DNA from: Candidatus Sericytochromatia bacterium
Lineage (GTDB): Bacteria > Cyanobacteriota > Sericytochromatia > S15B-MN24 > VGJW01
Reading direction: 5' to 3'
Assembly: GCA_035285595.1 (NCBI GenBank)
Contig: JAYKGV010000028.1
Location: 13,795-77,794, forward strand
Length of the DNA: 64,000 bases
Part shown: piece by piece, positions 28,600-37,335 of the stretch
Layout of the letters: every line of letters begins with the position of its first letter
How positions within the stretch are numbered: position 1 is the stretch's first letter
Notes under the pieces: model-generated
The model's database searches: none
What the model was told of the DNA's origin: nothing
The model's input: only the letters and a program-made list of their open reading frames with translations
Translations under genes and position numbers: made by a program

Positions 28600-29411
28600 A
28601 CCGGACGCTCGGCCTCGGCGTGCTCTGGATCGGTGCGTTCCTGTGCACCGCACCCTTCCTGTTGCTCCTTGCGACCTCGCTGATGACCTACGAACAGTCC
28701 GTGGGCTACCCGCCTGCTTTCTGGCCAAGTCCCGCCACGCTTGACAATTTTCGCAAGGCCCTGAGCGAAGGCGCTCTATGGCGTTGGTTTGCCAACAGTG
28801 TCCTCGTCGCCGTCGTGACGGTGGCTGGACAGATTCTGACGGGTGCCATGGCGGGCTATGCCTTTGCCCGGATGACCTTCAAAGGCAGGGACTTGCTGTT
28901 TTTCGTGGTGCTGATGACGATGATGGTGCCAGTTCAGGTCAACCTCGTGCCATTGTTCGCCCTGGTGGCCAGATTGGGCTGGGTCGATACCTACCAGGCC
29001 TTGATCGTTCCGGATCTGGCGGGGGCCTTCGGGATTTTCCTCTTTCGTCAGTGGTTTCTTGGATTGCCCCGGGAACTTGAGGATGCCGCCCGCATCGACG
29101 GTTGCTCCCCGTGGCGCTTTTTCTGGACCGTGGCGTTGCCCACGGCCACTCCTGCGGTGGCCACCTTGGGCATCTTCCAGTTTCTGGCCTCGTGGAACAC
29201 GTTCATGTGGCCCTTGGTGGCGACGAATTCCGATCACCTGAGGACGCTTCCCGTGGGGCTGGCCGCCTTTCGGGCGAGCATGCGCGAGACGACGGACTGG
29301 CCTCTCCTCATGGCCGCGACCACGGTAGCCATCGTGCCCGCGATTCTGGTTTTCTTGATCTTGCAGAAGCAGTTCATGAAGGGACTGATGGACGGAGCCG
29401 TGAAGGGATGA
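28596..29411 (+). CDS. ABC sugar transporter permease (MalG/UgpE-like)
   Basis: 'EDAARIDGCSPWRFFWTVALP' EAA motif. ATGA overlap with the upstream permease. Confidence 0.85.
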   Translation: MNRTLGLGVLWIGAFLCTAPFLLLLATSLMTYEQSVGYPPAFWPSPATLDNFRKALSEGALWRWFANSVLVAVVTVAGQILTGAMAGYAFARMTFKGRDLLFFVVLMTMMVPVQVNLVPLFALVARLGWVDTYQALIVPDLAGAFGIFLFRQWFLGLPRELEDAARIDGCSPWRFFWTVALPTATPAVATLGIFQFLASWNTFMWPLVATNSDHLRTLPVGLAAFRASMRETTDWPLLMAATTVAIVPAILVFLILQKQFMKGLMDGAVKG

Positions 29412-30283
29412 GGTTCGCGCCGGCACTGTGGCCCTCGGGTGGCGCCTGGCCCCATCGCCTGCTCGGAGTCCGCGAGGCATGGCGCGTGACCCGCGGGACT
29501 CCATGGCTTCGTGTGGCCGTCGTGGATACCGGCATTGATCCCGGTCATCCGGATCTGCGTGGCAAGGTCGTCGGTGGATGCGATGTGGTGGCGCCAGGAG
29601 CCGGCTGGCACGACGATCAAGGGCACGGCACGGCTGTGGCGGGCATCATTGCCAGTCGTGGCTGGCGCTTTCGCCAGCTGGCCGGTGTGGCGCCCCTGGT
29701 GAGCCTGTTGGCCATCAAGGTGAACTACCACGGAACGGGACATGTCAGGGCCGAGCATATCGCCGCCGGCATTCGGGCGGGCCTCCGCGAGGGGGCGGAC
29801 GTCATCAACCTGTCGGTGGGGGTCATGGAAGGCGAGGAGTTCCTGACGGCCGCGGCCGTGGCCGACCTCGGCCGAGCCGTGCGTGAGGCGCTGGCCGCAG
29901 GCATTCCTGTGGTCTGTGCTGCCGGACCCGCACGTGGAGCGACCGTGTGGCCGGGGGCCTGGGCCTACGATCCGGCGTATGCCGGCTTGATTCCGGTCGG
30001 CGCGTGTGATCGATGGGGCAGGGTGGCTGCAGCGAGTCAGGGAAGCCCGCGCCACCTGGTCCTTGCACCCGCCGAAGGGGTCCTGAGTACCTCTCGCGAC
30101 GGGGCCGTCTCCCCCTTTGGTGGTACCTCCGCTGCGGCACCCTTCGTCAGTGGGCTCGTGGCCCTGCTGCGTACGGTCAGTCCCCTTGCCGGCCCGGACA
30201 AGATACGCCAGTGGGTGCTGGATGGGGCAAGAGATGGGATTGTTTCGGCGGTGGCAAGTCTGCGTCTTGCCACGGGTGGCTGA
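29408..30283 (+). CDS. Subtilisin-like serine peptidase (S8) with no evident signal peptide
   Basis: Catalytic triad in context: 'VAVVDTGID', 'HGTAVAGIIAS' and 'GTSAAAPFVSG'. ATGA overlap with the upstream permease gene. Confidence 0.8.
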   Translation: MRFAPALWPSGGAWPHRLLGVREAWRVTRGTPWLRVAVVDTGIDPGHPDLRGKVVGGCDVVAPGAGWHDDQGHGTAVAGIIASRGWRFRQLAGVAPLVSLLAIKVNYHGTGHVRAEHIAAGIRAGLREGADVINLSVGVMEGEEFLTAAAVADLGRAVREALAAGIPVVCAAGPARGATVWPGAWAYDPAYAGLIPVGACDRWGRVAAASQGSPRHLVLAPAEGVLSTSRDGAVSPFGGTSAAAPFVSGLVALLRTVSPLAGPDKIRQWVLDGARDGIVSAVASLRLATGG

Positions 30284-30295
30284 CGATCGTCCCGA

Positions 30296-32158
30296 TCAGG
30301 GTCTCCCGGGTCTTCTCGGTCGGCGCAACCGCCACGCGGCTACGGCGCCGAGGGCGACTCCCCAGAAGGCCCCCTCGCGGTCTGCCGCCGTCGGGTCACT
30401 GCCGGTTTGAACCGGGTTGCTGCACGCACAGCCGGGGCTCACCGCTGTGCGGGTGGCACCGGTCGCCGATTGGCCTGAGGTGGCCTTTCCCGACGTGTCC
30501 GTAGGGGAGCCGGGAATCGCGTTGGCAGGCGTGGTACCGATCGGCCTGCCGGCCTGCCAGTCGGCGAGGGCCGCACGGATCACGGGGCCGCGGTCCGAGA
30601 CGAGGGACGGTCGATCCGCCACCTCGTCCAGCATCTCGATCACGGCGGCAGCGGGAATCCTGGCCAACGGGGGCAGTTGACCATCCCCCGGAACCAGATA
30701 GGTCGTGCCATCCTCGAGCTTGATGCGCACGCCGCCACGAGAGGGATCCCCATCCGGACAGACCGGAGTCGCCTCAGCGATGTGTCGGTTGTTGACCTGC
30801 GGCAACCGGGGATTGAACCCGAAGATGGGATCCTCGGTCATCTCGTCAGGTGACATGGTCGTATAGAGCCGCGTGACCCAGGGCGCACGGGCGGTCAGGG
30901 CTGCGGCCTCGCGCATCGGCGCGGCGAACATGGCCTCAAGATCCTTGGCAAAGGCCAGGACGTCCAGTTTGGCTTGATCGAGGGGGACGTCCGTTTCGGT
31001 GCCCGCATCATCCGTAGGCGCCGGTACCGACCCAAAGAATCGACCCGTCAGCTGTGACCAAGCCTCGGTGGCTGCCATAGGAGGCAGGTGACGGTCGATG
31101 ATGCTCTGGAGCGCAGGGCCTGTCGGATAGCCTTGCCGGGCCACTTCCTGAATGACCTGCCTCGGCGTCATCGTCGTCTGGAAGAGCGAGGTGTCGTAGG
31201 CTGTGGCCCGATTCTGCAGCAGCTGGGACAGACCTGCGCTGGCCGTGGCCATCTCCGTCACGAAGCCGCGCCCGCCAGCCTCGTCCATCGATTTGTTCAC
31301 CACGTCGTCGTAATTCGGTGCGGGCAGGGCCGGTATGCCGCCAAAGCCCCATTGCGGGGAGGCTCCGATCCAGTCCAGCAGGGTTTCGTTAAGGCGAACG
31401 TGGCGATAGTTACGCGGCACGGCCCTGCCCGGTCCGAAGGCATAAAGGATGACGGGCATATTGGGCGTGGCAGCCACGGCCGTCAGGCGGATGGGCACGC
31501 AAGGACTCTCCTCGTCGAGTTGCAGGCGGATGGGCTGCAGGTCTCCCGTGGTCTTGCCCTCGAGCAGCTTCAAGGCGAGAAACACATATTTGCCTCGGAT
31601 GTAGGTCTCCGCCTTCTCGTCGAAGTCGGCAGGAACGTTGTAGCCGTTGTCTTTGAGCCAAGTCTCGAGCTCGTTGGGATCCGCAGAGGACAGCAAGACG
31701 AAAGAGTAGTTTCCGACTTCACCCTTTTCGACCACCACGACTCCCGACCCCGCTGCGGGTACGTCGTCAGCCATGAACTCGGCCCTGCCCGTGGCAAGAA
31801 GGGGCTGAGCGGGGCAGCTGCCTTCGGGCTTCTGCCAATCGAGAATATAGCGGGGCATTGTGTTGCGCCCGAGCAGACTGAACACCTCATCGGAGCTGAC
31901 TGCGTAGGAAATCGGTTTCCGGAGCAGCGGAACGACCCAGGAGAAGTCCTTGGCCTGTCCTGTGAACTGGATTTGGATGGTGGCATCCACGGTCTGCCCG
32001 TCGGTGACGAACAAGACTTTCTCACCGGCCTGATCCACCGGTAGCTGACGGCAGAAGAAACCCCCGCACGCCTGCGCTGGCAGAGCCCAGGCCCACACGC
32101 CTGCTCCAGCAATGACGAGCCTCGCCACAATGCGACGAGTCCGGACCATGGCGTTCAT
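30296..32158 (-). CDS. Secreted hypothetical protein (~620 aa) with N-terminal signal peptide + 'CGGFFC' and a C-terminal Cys-motif/TM/Arg-rich tail
   Basis: The track ORF 30296..33118 is antisense to hppD above 32258. The internal Met 'MNAMVRTRRIVARLVIAGAGVWAWALPAQA|CGGFFC' gives a clean signal peptide. C-terminus '...SPGCACSNPVQTG...DREGAFWGVALGAVAAWRLRRPRRPGRP'. Confidence 0.6.
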   Translation of the reverse strand: MNAMVRTRRIVARLVIAGAGVWAWALPAQACGGFFCRQLPVDQAGEKVLFVTDGQTVDATIQIQFTGQAKDFSWVVPLLRKPISYAVSSDEVFSLLGRNTMPRYILDWQKPEGSCPAQPLLATGRAEFMADDVPAAGSGVVVVEKGEVGNYSFVLLSSADPNELETWLKDNGYNVPADFDEKAETYIRGKYVFLALKLLEGKTTGDLQPIRLQLDEESPCVPIRLTAVAATPNMPVILYAFGPGRAVPRNYRHVRLNETLLDWIGASPQWGFGGIPALPAPNYDDVVNKSMDEAGGRGFVTEMATASAGLSQLLQNRATAYDTSLFQTTMTPRQVIQEVARQGYPTGPALQSIIDRHLPPMAATEAWSQLTGRFFGSVPAPTDDAGTETDVPLDQAKLDVLAFAKDLEAMFAAPMREAAALTARAPWVTRLYTTMSPDEMTEDPIFGFNPRLPQVNNRHIAEATPVCPDGDPSRGGVRIKLEDGTTYLVPGDGQLPPLARIPAAAVIEMLDEVADRPSLVSDRGPVIRAALADWQAGRPIGTTPANAIPGSPTDTSGKATSGQSATGATRTAVSPGCACSNPVQTGSDPTAADREGAFWGVALGAVAAWRLRRPRRPGRP

Positions 32159-32257
32159 ATGGGCACGTTCCCTCTGGCGTCCGTTTTCATCCATACCCTC
32201 CTCCGTAAGGTCATGAACCCTTGCCCACGGTGCACCCTGCATGACACGATCTGAATC

Positions 32258-33385
32258 ATGGAAGCCATCACGGACGCCCCGGCCACGAACCCGGCCAGTT
32301 CCCCCGACATCGAGATTCTGGGTACCGACCATATCGAGTTCTGGGTGGGCAATGCACGGCAGGCGTCCTACTTCTACCAGCGTGCCTTCGGATTCGAGCT
32401 GGTAGCCTATGCCGGACCTGAAACGGGTCTTCGTGACCAGGCCTCGTACGTCCTGCAGCAAGGCAAGATCCGCTTCGTCCTGACGTCGGGGCTCCAGCCG
32501 GACCATCCTGCCGTGAAGCATCAGGCTGTCCACGGCGATGGGGTGAAGGATGTGGCCTTCTGGGTCAAGGATGCCCGGGCCGCACACGCAGCTGCAGTCG
32601 CTCGAGGAGCGCAATCGCTTCGGGAGCCTGAAGTCCTCGAGGACGAGCATGGCGGGGTCGTGATCGCGGCCGTGTCCACCGCAGGTGAAACCCGACACAC
32701 CTTCGTTCAGCGTGACGGGTATTCCGGGCCCTTCCTGCCGGGGTTCCGGTCGGCCATCGGACTTGGTCAGCCGTCTGCGGGCCTGAGGTACGTCGACCAT
32801 GTGGTGACGAACGTCGAGGATGGAAAGATGCACGCTTGGCAGGAGTTCTACGAGCGTGTGTTCGGCTTTCGCTTCTTCGCCAACTTCGATGACAAGGACA
32901 TTTCCACCGAATTCTCCGCCCTGCGCTCGGTGGTGGTGGCGAACCACAATGATCGAATCAAGATGCCCATCAATGAACCCGCCCCGGGTCGGAAGCGCTC
33001 GCAGATTCAGGAGTATCTGGACTTCCATCAGGGACCTGGCATCCAGCACATCGCGCTTGCGACAGATGACATCGTCGAGACGGTACGTACCTTGAGAGCC
33101 AATGGCGTGACGTTCCAATACACCCCGGACAGTTACTACGACACGATCGCGGATCGTTTGGCAGAAGTCCGTGAAGATGTTCCTGCCTTGAAGGCACTCG
33201 GTATCCTGGTCGATCGGGACGACAAGGGCTACATGTTGCAGCTCTTCACCAAGCCGGTGGAGGATCGGCCGACCTTGTTCTTCGAGATCATCCAGCGCCG
33301 AGGCTCGACCTCGTTTGGCAAAGGTAACTTCAAGGCCTTGTTCGAATCCATCGAACGTGATCAGGCCGCACGCGGGAACCTCTGA
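32258..33385 (+). CDS. hppD: 4-hydroxyphenylpyruvate dioxygenase
   Basis: Two VOC/glyoxalase modules: 'HIEFWVGNARQASYFYQRAFGF' and 'HVVTNVEDGKMHAWQEFYERVFGF'. 'IQHIALATDDI'. C-terminus 'LFFEIIQRRG...GNFKALFESIERDQ'. Confidence 0.92.
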   Translation: MEAITDAPATNPASSPDIEILGTDHIEFWVGNARQASYFYQRAFGFELVAYAGPETGLRDQASYVLQQGKIRFVLTSGLQPDHPAVKHQAVHGDGVKDVAFWVKDARAAHAAAVARGAQSLREPEVLEDEHGGVVIAAVSTAGETRHTFVQRDGYSGPFLPGFRSAIGLGQPSAGLRYVDHVVTNVEDGKMHAWQEFYERVFGFRFFANFDDKDISTEFSALRSVVVANHNDRIKMPINEPAPGRKRSQIQEYLDFHQGPGIQHIALATDDIVETVRTLRANGVTFQYTPDSYYDTIADRLAEVREDVPALKALGILVDRDDKGYMLQLFTKPVEDRPTLFFEIIQRRGSTSFGKGNFKALFESIERDQAARGNL

Positions 33386-33402
33386 CTCGAGTCGAGCATC
33401 TC

Positions 33403-33436
33403 GTCAGCTGCGCGGACACGTGCCCGCGCAGCTGAC
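33403..33436. terminator. Bidirectional intrinsic terminator between convergent hppD and alaS
   Basis: Perfect 13-bp inverted repeat GTCAGCTGCGCGG-acacgtgc-CCGCGCAGCTGAC with a palindromic loop, lying between the two stops at 33385 and 33445. Confidence 0.6.
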
Positions 33437-33444
33437 TTGAAGCG

Positions 33445-36033
33445 TCAGGTCGCGGCGGGCGCGAGTTGCGCCCCGACGATGGCGTCGAACTGTGCCAGGA
33501 CTTCGGGCAAGCGCTGGGCGTCTCCCCCCCCGCCTTGGGCCGAATCCGGCTTGCCGCCCCCCTTGCCACCCAGACGTCCCATCACTTCGGATAAGAGGCG
33601 ACCGGCATGTACTCCCTGACTGAGGGAGTCTGCTTGCGCCACCACGACGGCTTGAATACGGCCTTCGTGCACTCCGGCGAGTAGAACGACGGCAGGCCTG
33701 GGCCCCTTGGCAAGGTCCATGGCCGATGCACGCAGGGCCCCCCCGTCAAGATCATCGAGGCGTCCTGCAAGGACGCTCACCCCGTTCACTTCCCGGAACT
33801 GACCGGCCAGACCCGCGGACTGCGCACGGGCCAGCCTTGCCCGGAGCTTCGTGGCTTCCTCGTCCGCCACCCTGACCTGATCCCGGAGCTTCTGAACTCT
33901 CTCGGGAATGGCCTCGATGGAGACTTTGAACTCTTCCCGAAGCACATCCAGCACACTCGCCTGCTGCTGAGCCCAGTCGAGTGCGGCCAGTCCACTCACC
34001 GCCCTGATTCGTCGGACACCTGCCGCGATGCCTCGTTCTTCGGTGATCTTGAAGAGTCCGATTTCGCCCGTAGAGGACGCATGGGTGCCGCCGCAGAGCT
34101 CGATCGACAAGCCGGGAATGTCCACGACGCGCACCACATCCCCGTACTTCTCTCCAAACATCGCAACGGCCCCGCGCGCCTTCGCAGCGGCTGCACCCAT
34201 TTCTTCCTTGACGACGTGCCGGGCCGCAAGGCTCCCTTCATTGACACGTCGTTCGATCCGGGTCAGTTCGTCCGGAGTGACCCCACGGTTCCAGTGGAAA
34301 TCGAAGCGCAGTTCGTCTGGTCCCACGTAGGATCCTGCCTGGGTCGCCGAAGGACCAAGGACTTCATGCAGGGCGGCGTGGAGCAGATGCGTGGCCGTGT
34401 GGTGGCGCATGATGGCAAGTCGGCGTGGACCTTCGACACGGGCTGACACGGTGGCACCCACGGCCGGAGGCGTGCTGCCGGGCTCGAGGTGATGCAAGAG
34501 AATATCCCCTTGGCGCTGGGTGTCGATGACCCGGCAGGTCCCCAGCATACCGGTATCACCTACCTGGCCGCCGCCTTCACCGTAGAAGGGCGAGCGATCC
34601 AGCAGAACGACGAGGGCATCGGGTTCACCCGTGACCGCGAGGACGCGGGACTCGGTCTCCAGTTCCTCATAGCCCGTGAACACCGTCGCTGGGTGCTGGC
34701 CCACGGCCACGCCAGAAAAGGCGATTCCGGCCCTGGCGTGGGCATCCCGGGCGCGCTGACGCTGGTCTTCCATGGCCGCCTCGAATCCTGCACGATCAAC
34801 CTCCAGGCCACGCTCCGCAGCCAGTTCGGCAGTCAATTCGACAGGAAATCCATACGTATCGAAGAGCTCGAACGCCGTGCTGCCCGGCAGGATCCTGCCC
34901 TCGAGCCGGGACGCCGCCTTCTCGAAGAGCTGTAGTCCACGATCGAGGGTGGCACCGAATCTGGCTTCCTCCGTCTCGAGGACCTCCAGAATGGTGGTTT
35001 GCTGCTCCCGAAGCTCCTGATAGTGGTGGCCGTACGCAGCGATGACCTGCCGCGCGAGATCACCCAGGAGCGGTCCGCTGATTCCCAGTTGGCGTCCATG
35101 GCGGATGGCCCGGCGCATGATGCGACGCAGCACATAGCCACGGCCTTCGTTGCCGGGCACGACACCGTCGGCGATGAGGAAGGTCGCGGCCCGTGCATGA
35201 TCGGCCATCCTGCGGAAAGCCACACCTGTCTCTCCGGCCAGGTCCAGAGCGCGTCCTGCCCGCTTGGCCACGGCCTGCATCAGGGGCAACAGAAGATCCG
35301 TCTCGTAGTTGCTCGACACCCCTTGAAGGACGCTGGCAATACGTTCCAGACCCATGCCCGTATCGATGTTGCGGGCCGGAAGGTCGCGAAGCTTTCCGTC
35401 GGCGGTTCGCTCGTATTGCATGAAGACCAGGTTCCAGACCTCCAACAGGCGGCCCCGGTCACTTTCTGCCTCGAAGGTTGCTTCATTCACGGGCAGGTGC
35501 GGTTCGTGGTCGTAATAGATCTCGGAACACGGTCCGCACGGTCCCGTGGGGCCGGCTGCCCAGAAGTTCGTGTCCTCACCCAGCCGGATGATGCGCTCCG
35601 GGGGGATGCCGCACGCTTGATGCCAGATGGTCGCAGCCTCGTCATCATCCCGATAAACCGTGACCCACAGCCGCTCGCTTGGTAGGCCCAGCTCTTTCGT
35701 CAGGAATTGCCACGCCCACGGGATGACCTCGGCCTTGAAGTAATCCCCGAAGCTGAAGTTGCCCAGCATCTCGAAGAACGTGTGGTGTCGGGATGTTCGG
35801 CCAACTTGTTCGAGATCGGTGGTCCTGAAGCATTTTTGCACCGAGGTGACGCGTGGGGCCGGGGGAGTCTCGAGCCCCACGAAGCAGGGCTTGAAAGGCA
35901 GCATGCCGGCCGTCGTCAACAGCACCGTCGGATCACGATGGGGAACCAGAGAGGCACTGGCGACCGCCCGATGGCCCCGGGCCTCGAAGTAGGCGACGAA
36001 TCGGCTGCGAATCTCTGCTGCGGTCAAGGCCAC
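33445..36033 (-). CDS. alaS: Alanine--tRNA ligase
   Basis: 862 aa. 'FFEMLGNFSFGDYFK'. Editing-domain HxxxH and Cys motifs. Gly-rich C-terminus. Confidence 0.95.
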   Translation of the reverse strand: MALTAAEIRSRFVAYFEARGHRAVASASLVPHRDPTVLLTTAGMLPFKPCFVGLETPPAPRVTSVQKCFRTTDLEQVGRTSRHHTFFEMLGNFSFGDYFKAEVIPWAWQFLTKELGLPSERLWVTVYRDDDEAATIWHQACGIPPERIIRLGEDTNFWAAGPTGPCGPCSEIYYDHEPHLPVNEATFEAESDRGRLLEVWNLVFMQYERTADGKLRDLPARNIDTGMGLERIASVLQGVSSNYETDLLLPLMQAVAKRAGRALDLAGETGVAFRRMADHARAATFLIADGVVPGNEGRGYVLRRIMRRAIRHGRQLGISGPLLGDLARQVIAAYGHHYQELREQQTTILEVLETEEARFGATLDRGLQLFEKAASRLEGRILPGSTAFELFDTYGFPVELTAELAAERGLEVDRAGFEAAMEDQRQRARDAHARAGIAFSGVAVGQHPATVFTGYEELETESRVLAVTGEPDALVVLLDRSPFYGEGGGQVGDTGMLGTCRVIDTQRQGDILLHHLEPGSTPPAVGATVSARVEGPRRLAIMRHHTATHLLHAALHEVLGPSATQAGSYVGPDELRFDFHWNRGVTPDELTRIERRVNEGSLAARHVVKEEMGAAAAKARGAVAMFGEKYGDVVRVVDIPGLSIELCGGTHASSTGEIGLFKITEERGIAAGVRRIRAVSGLAALDWAQQQASVLDVLREEFKVSIEAIPERVQKLRDQVRVADEEATKLRARLARAQSAGLAGQFREVNGVSVLAGRLDDLDGGALRASAMDLAKGPRPAVVLLAGVHEGRIQAVVVAQADSLSQGVHAGRLLSEVMGRLGGKGGGKPDSAQGGGGDAQRLPEVLAQFDAIVGAQLAPAAT

Positions 36034-36123
36034 GACGGTCCCTCCAACGATGGGCTCATGCTACCAGAGCATGCGGGTGCGGCCGGCCTCGTCCGGAGGG
36101 TAGGATAAGGGGGGAGGTGTACG

Positions 36124-36504
36124 GTGCGAGCAGAGCCCAGTTCATCACTGCAGCCCTTGGCCAGAGCCGATTTTCGTGCGGCCGAACCTTCGGGGCGTGA
36201 CTCATCGGCAACCGAGCGGGACGAAAGGACCCGTCGTACGGATGACGGGCGCAAGGAGCTCAAAGCCGCTCGTGACGAGGACCGGCGCAAAACTGAGCGG
36301 CGCGAACGCGAAGAAGCGCAAAAGGTTGAGCAAGCGCGTATCGAGAGCCAACAGAGCGAAGTGACGGGCTCAGGTGCGCGCCCCGATCCCGGTCCAGCCT
36401 ATCGAGTGTCCCTCTCGGCCCCAGGCTCGACGCCCCCCAAGGTCAGGTCAGCTGAGGAAGCTATCTCCAGCCCGACGAGACGTCAGTTGGACCTTTTCGC
36501 TTGA
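36124..36504 (+). CDS. Small highly charged (K/E/R/D-rich) hypothetical protein
   Basis: GTG start preceded by GGGGGAGGTG. '...ERDERTRRTDDGRKELKAARDEDRRKTERREREEAQKVEQARIESQ'. Low complexity, so it could be spurious. Confidence 0.3.
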   Translation: MRAEPSSSLQPLARADFRAAEPSGRDSSATERDERTRRTDDGRKELKAARDEDRRKTERREREEAQKVEQARIESQQSEVTGSGARPDPGPAYRVSLSAPGSTPPKVRSAEEAISSPTRRQLDLFA

Positions 36505-36528
36505 AGGCGGTATCAGCTGCCTGGACCG

Positions 36529-37239
36529 TCACCTGGCCCGTGCGGGAGCCCCGTCGAGGCCCGAGTGGTCGTACTTGTTGCCGTACCAGCGCACGAAACC
36601 GTTGAGTCCCAGCAGATAGGTGTGGAAGCCGAAGCGCTTCATTTCGTCATAGGCCTTGTCGAACGACCAGCCTTGCATTCTCACCCGATACGCGAGGGCC
36701 ATGGTGCCGGTCCGATCTCGACCCTGCATGCAGTGGAAATAAATCTTGCCGCCGTCAGCGTGCCGGACCAGACCGAGGAAGCGGTCGACCTTGGACTCCG
36801 AAGGTGGGATGAAGAGGCCCATCGACAGGCTCGTGAAGCGCATCCCCGCGCCCTCCACCATCGCCTTCTCGGCGGCCACGACCTTTTTGCTGTTCTCGAG
36901 CGAGATGACGTGGGTTACACCCCGTTCCTTGAGTAACCGTACACCCTGAGCGGTCGGGCGAGCCCCGCGGAGAAGATGCGCGTCCACCTCGCCCACGTTG
37001 CCGAGGTCGTCGGGGGGCGGGGCCGGCCAAAGGCTGTCTCCGAGTACCTCACCCAGCGGCTGATCCGTGAGTTCCTCGCTGTCCAGACGTGCCAGCTCTG
37101 CCTGACGGTTCGCCGACATGACCGTCACGTCTCGAGCCGATGAGGCGGAAGCGGCACCGAGGCCAGGACCGGGTGGGCGCCCGCATCCCAGCACACCGAC
37201 CGCGAATGTCAGGGCAAGGATGTGGTGGAGACGAGGCAT
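36529..37239 (-). CDS. Secreted/lipoprotein dual-specificity (Cys-based) protein phosphatase
   Basis: Lipobox 'LTFAVGVLG|CG'. 'HCMQGRDRTG' is the CX5R P-loop. Track ORF extends to 37281. Confidence 0.7.
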   Translation of the reverse strand: MPRLHHILALTFAVGVLGCGRPPGPGLGAASASSARDVTVMSANRQAELARLDSEELTDQPLGEVLGDSLWPAPPPDDLGNVGEVDAHLLRGARPTAQGVRLLKERGVTHVISLENSKKVVAAEKAMVEGAGMRFTSLSMGLFIPPSESKVDRFLGLVRHADGGKIYFHCMQGRDRTGTMALAYRVRMQGWSFDKAYDEMKRFGFHTYLLGLNGFVRWYGNKYDHSGLDGAPARAR

Positions 37240-37335
37240 GGGTGACCTCCAGATGGGGGATGACGGATTATCGACCCTCATCTCGTCAAGCTTGCGTCAA
37301 GCTGAGGTTAATTTCGGGAATCCTTGGGCAACCCT

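Noticed and set aside
32159-33118. N-terminal ~320 aa of the 940-aa minus track ORF
   Set aside because: This part overlaps hppD on the opposite strand. The real gene begins at the internal Met with a signal peptide at 32158.
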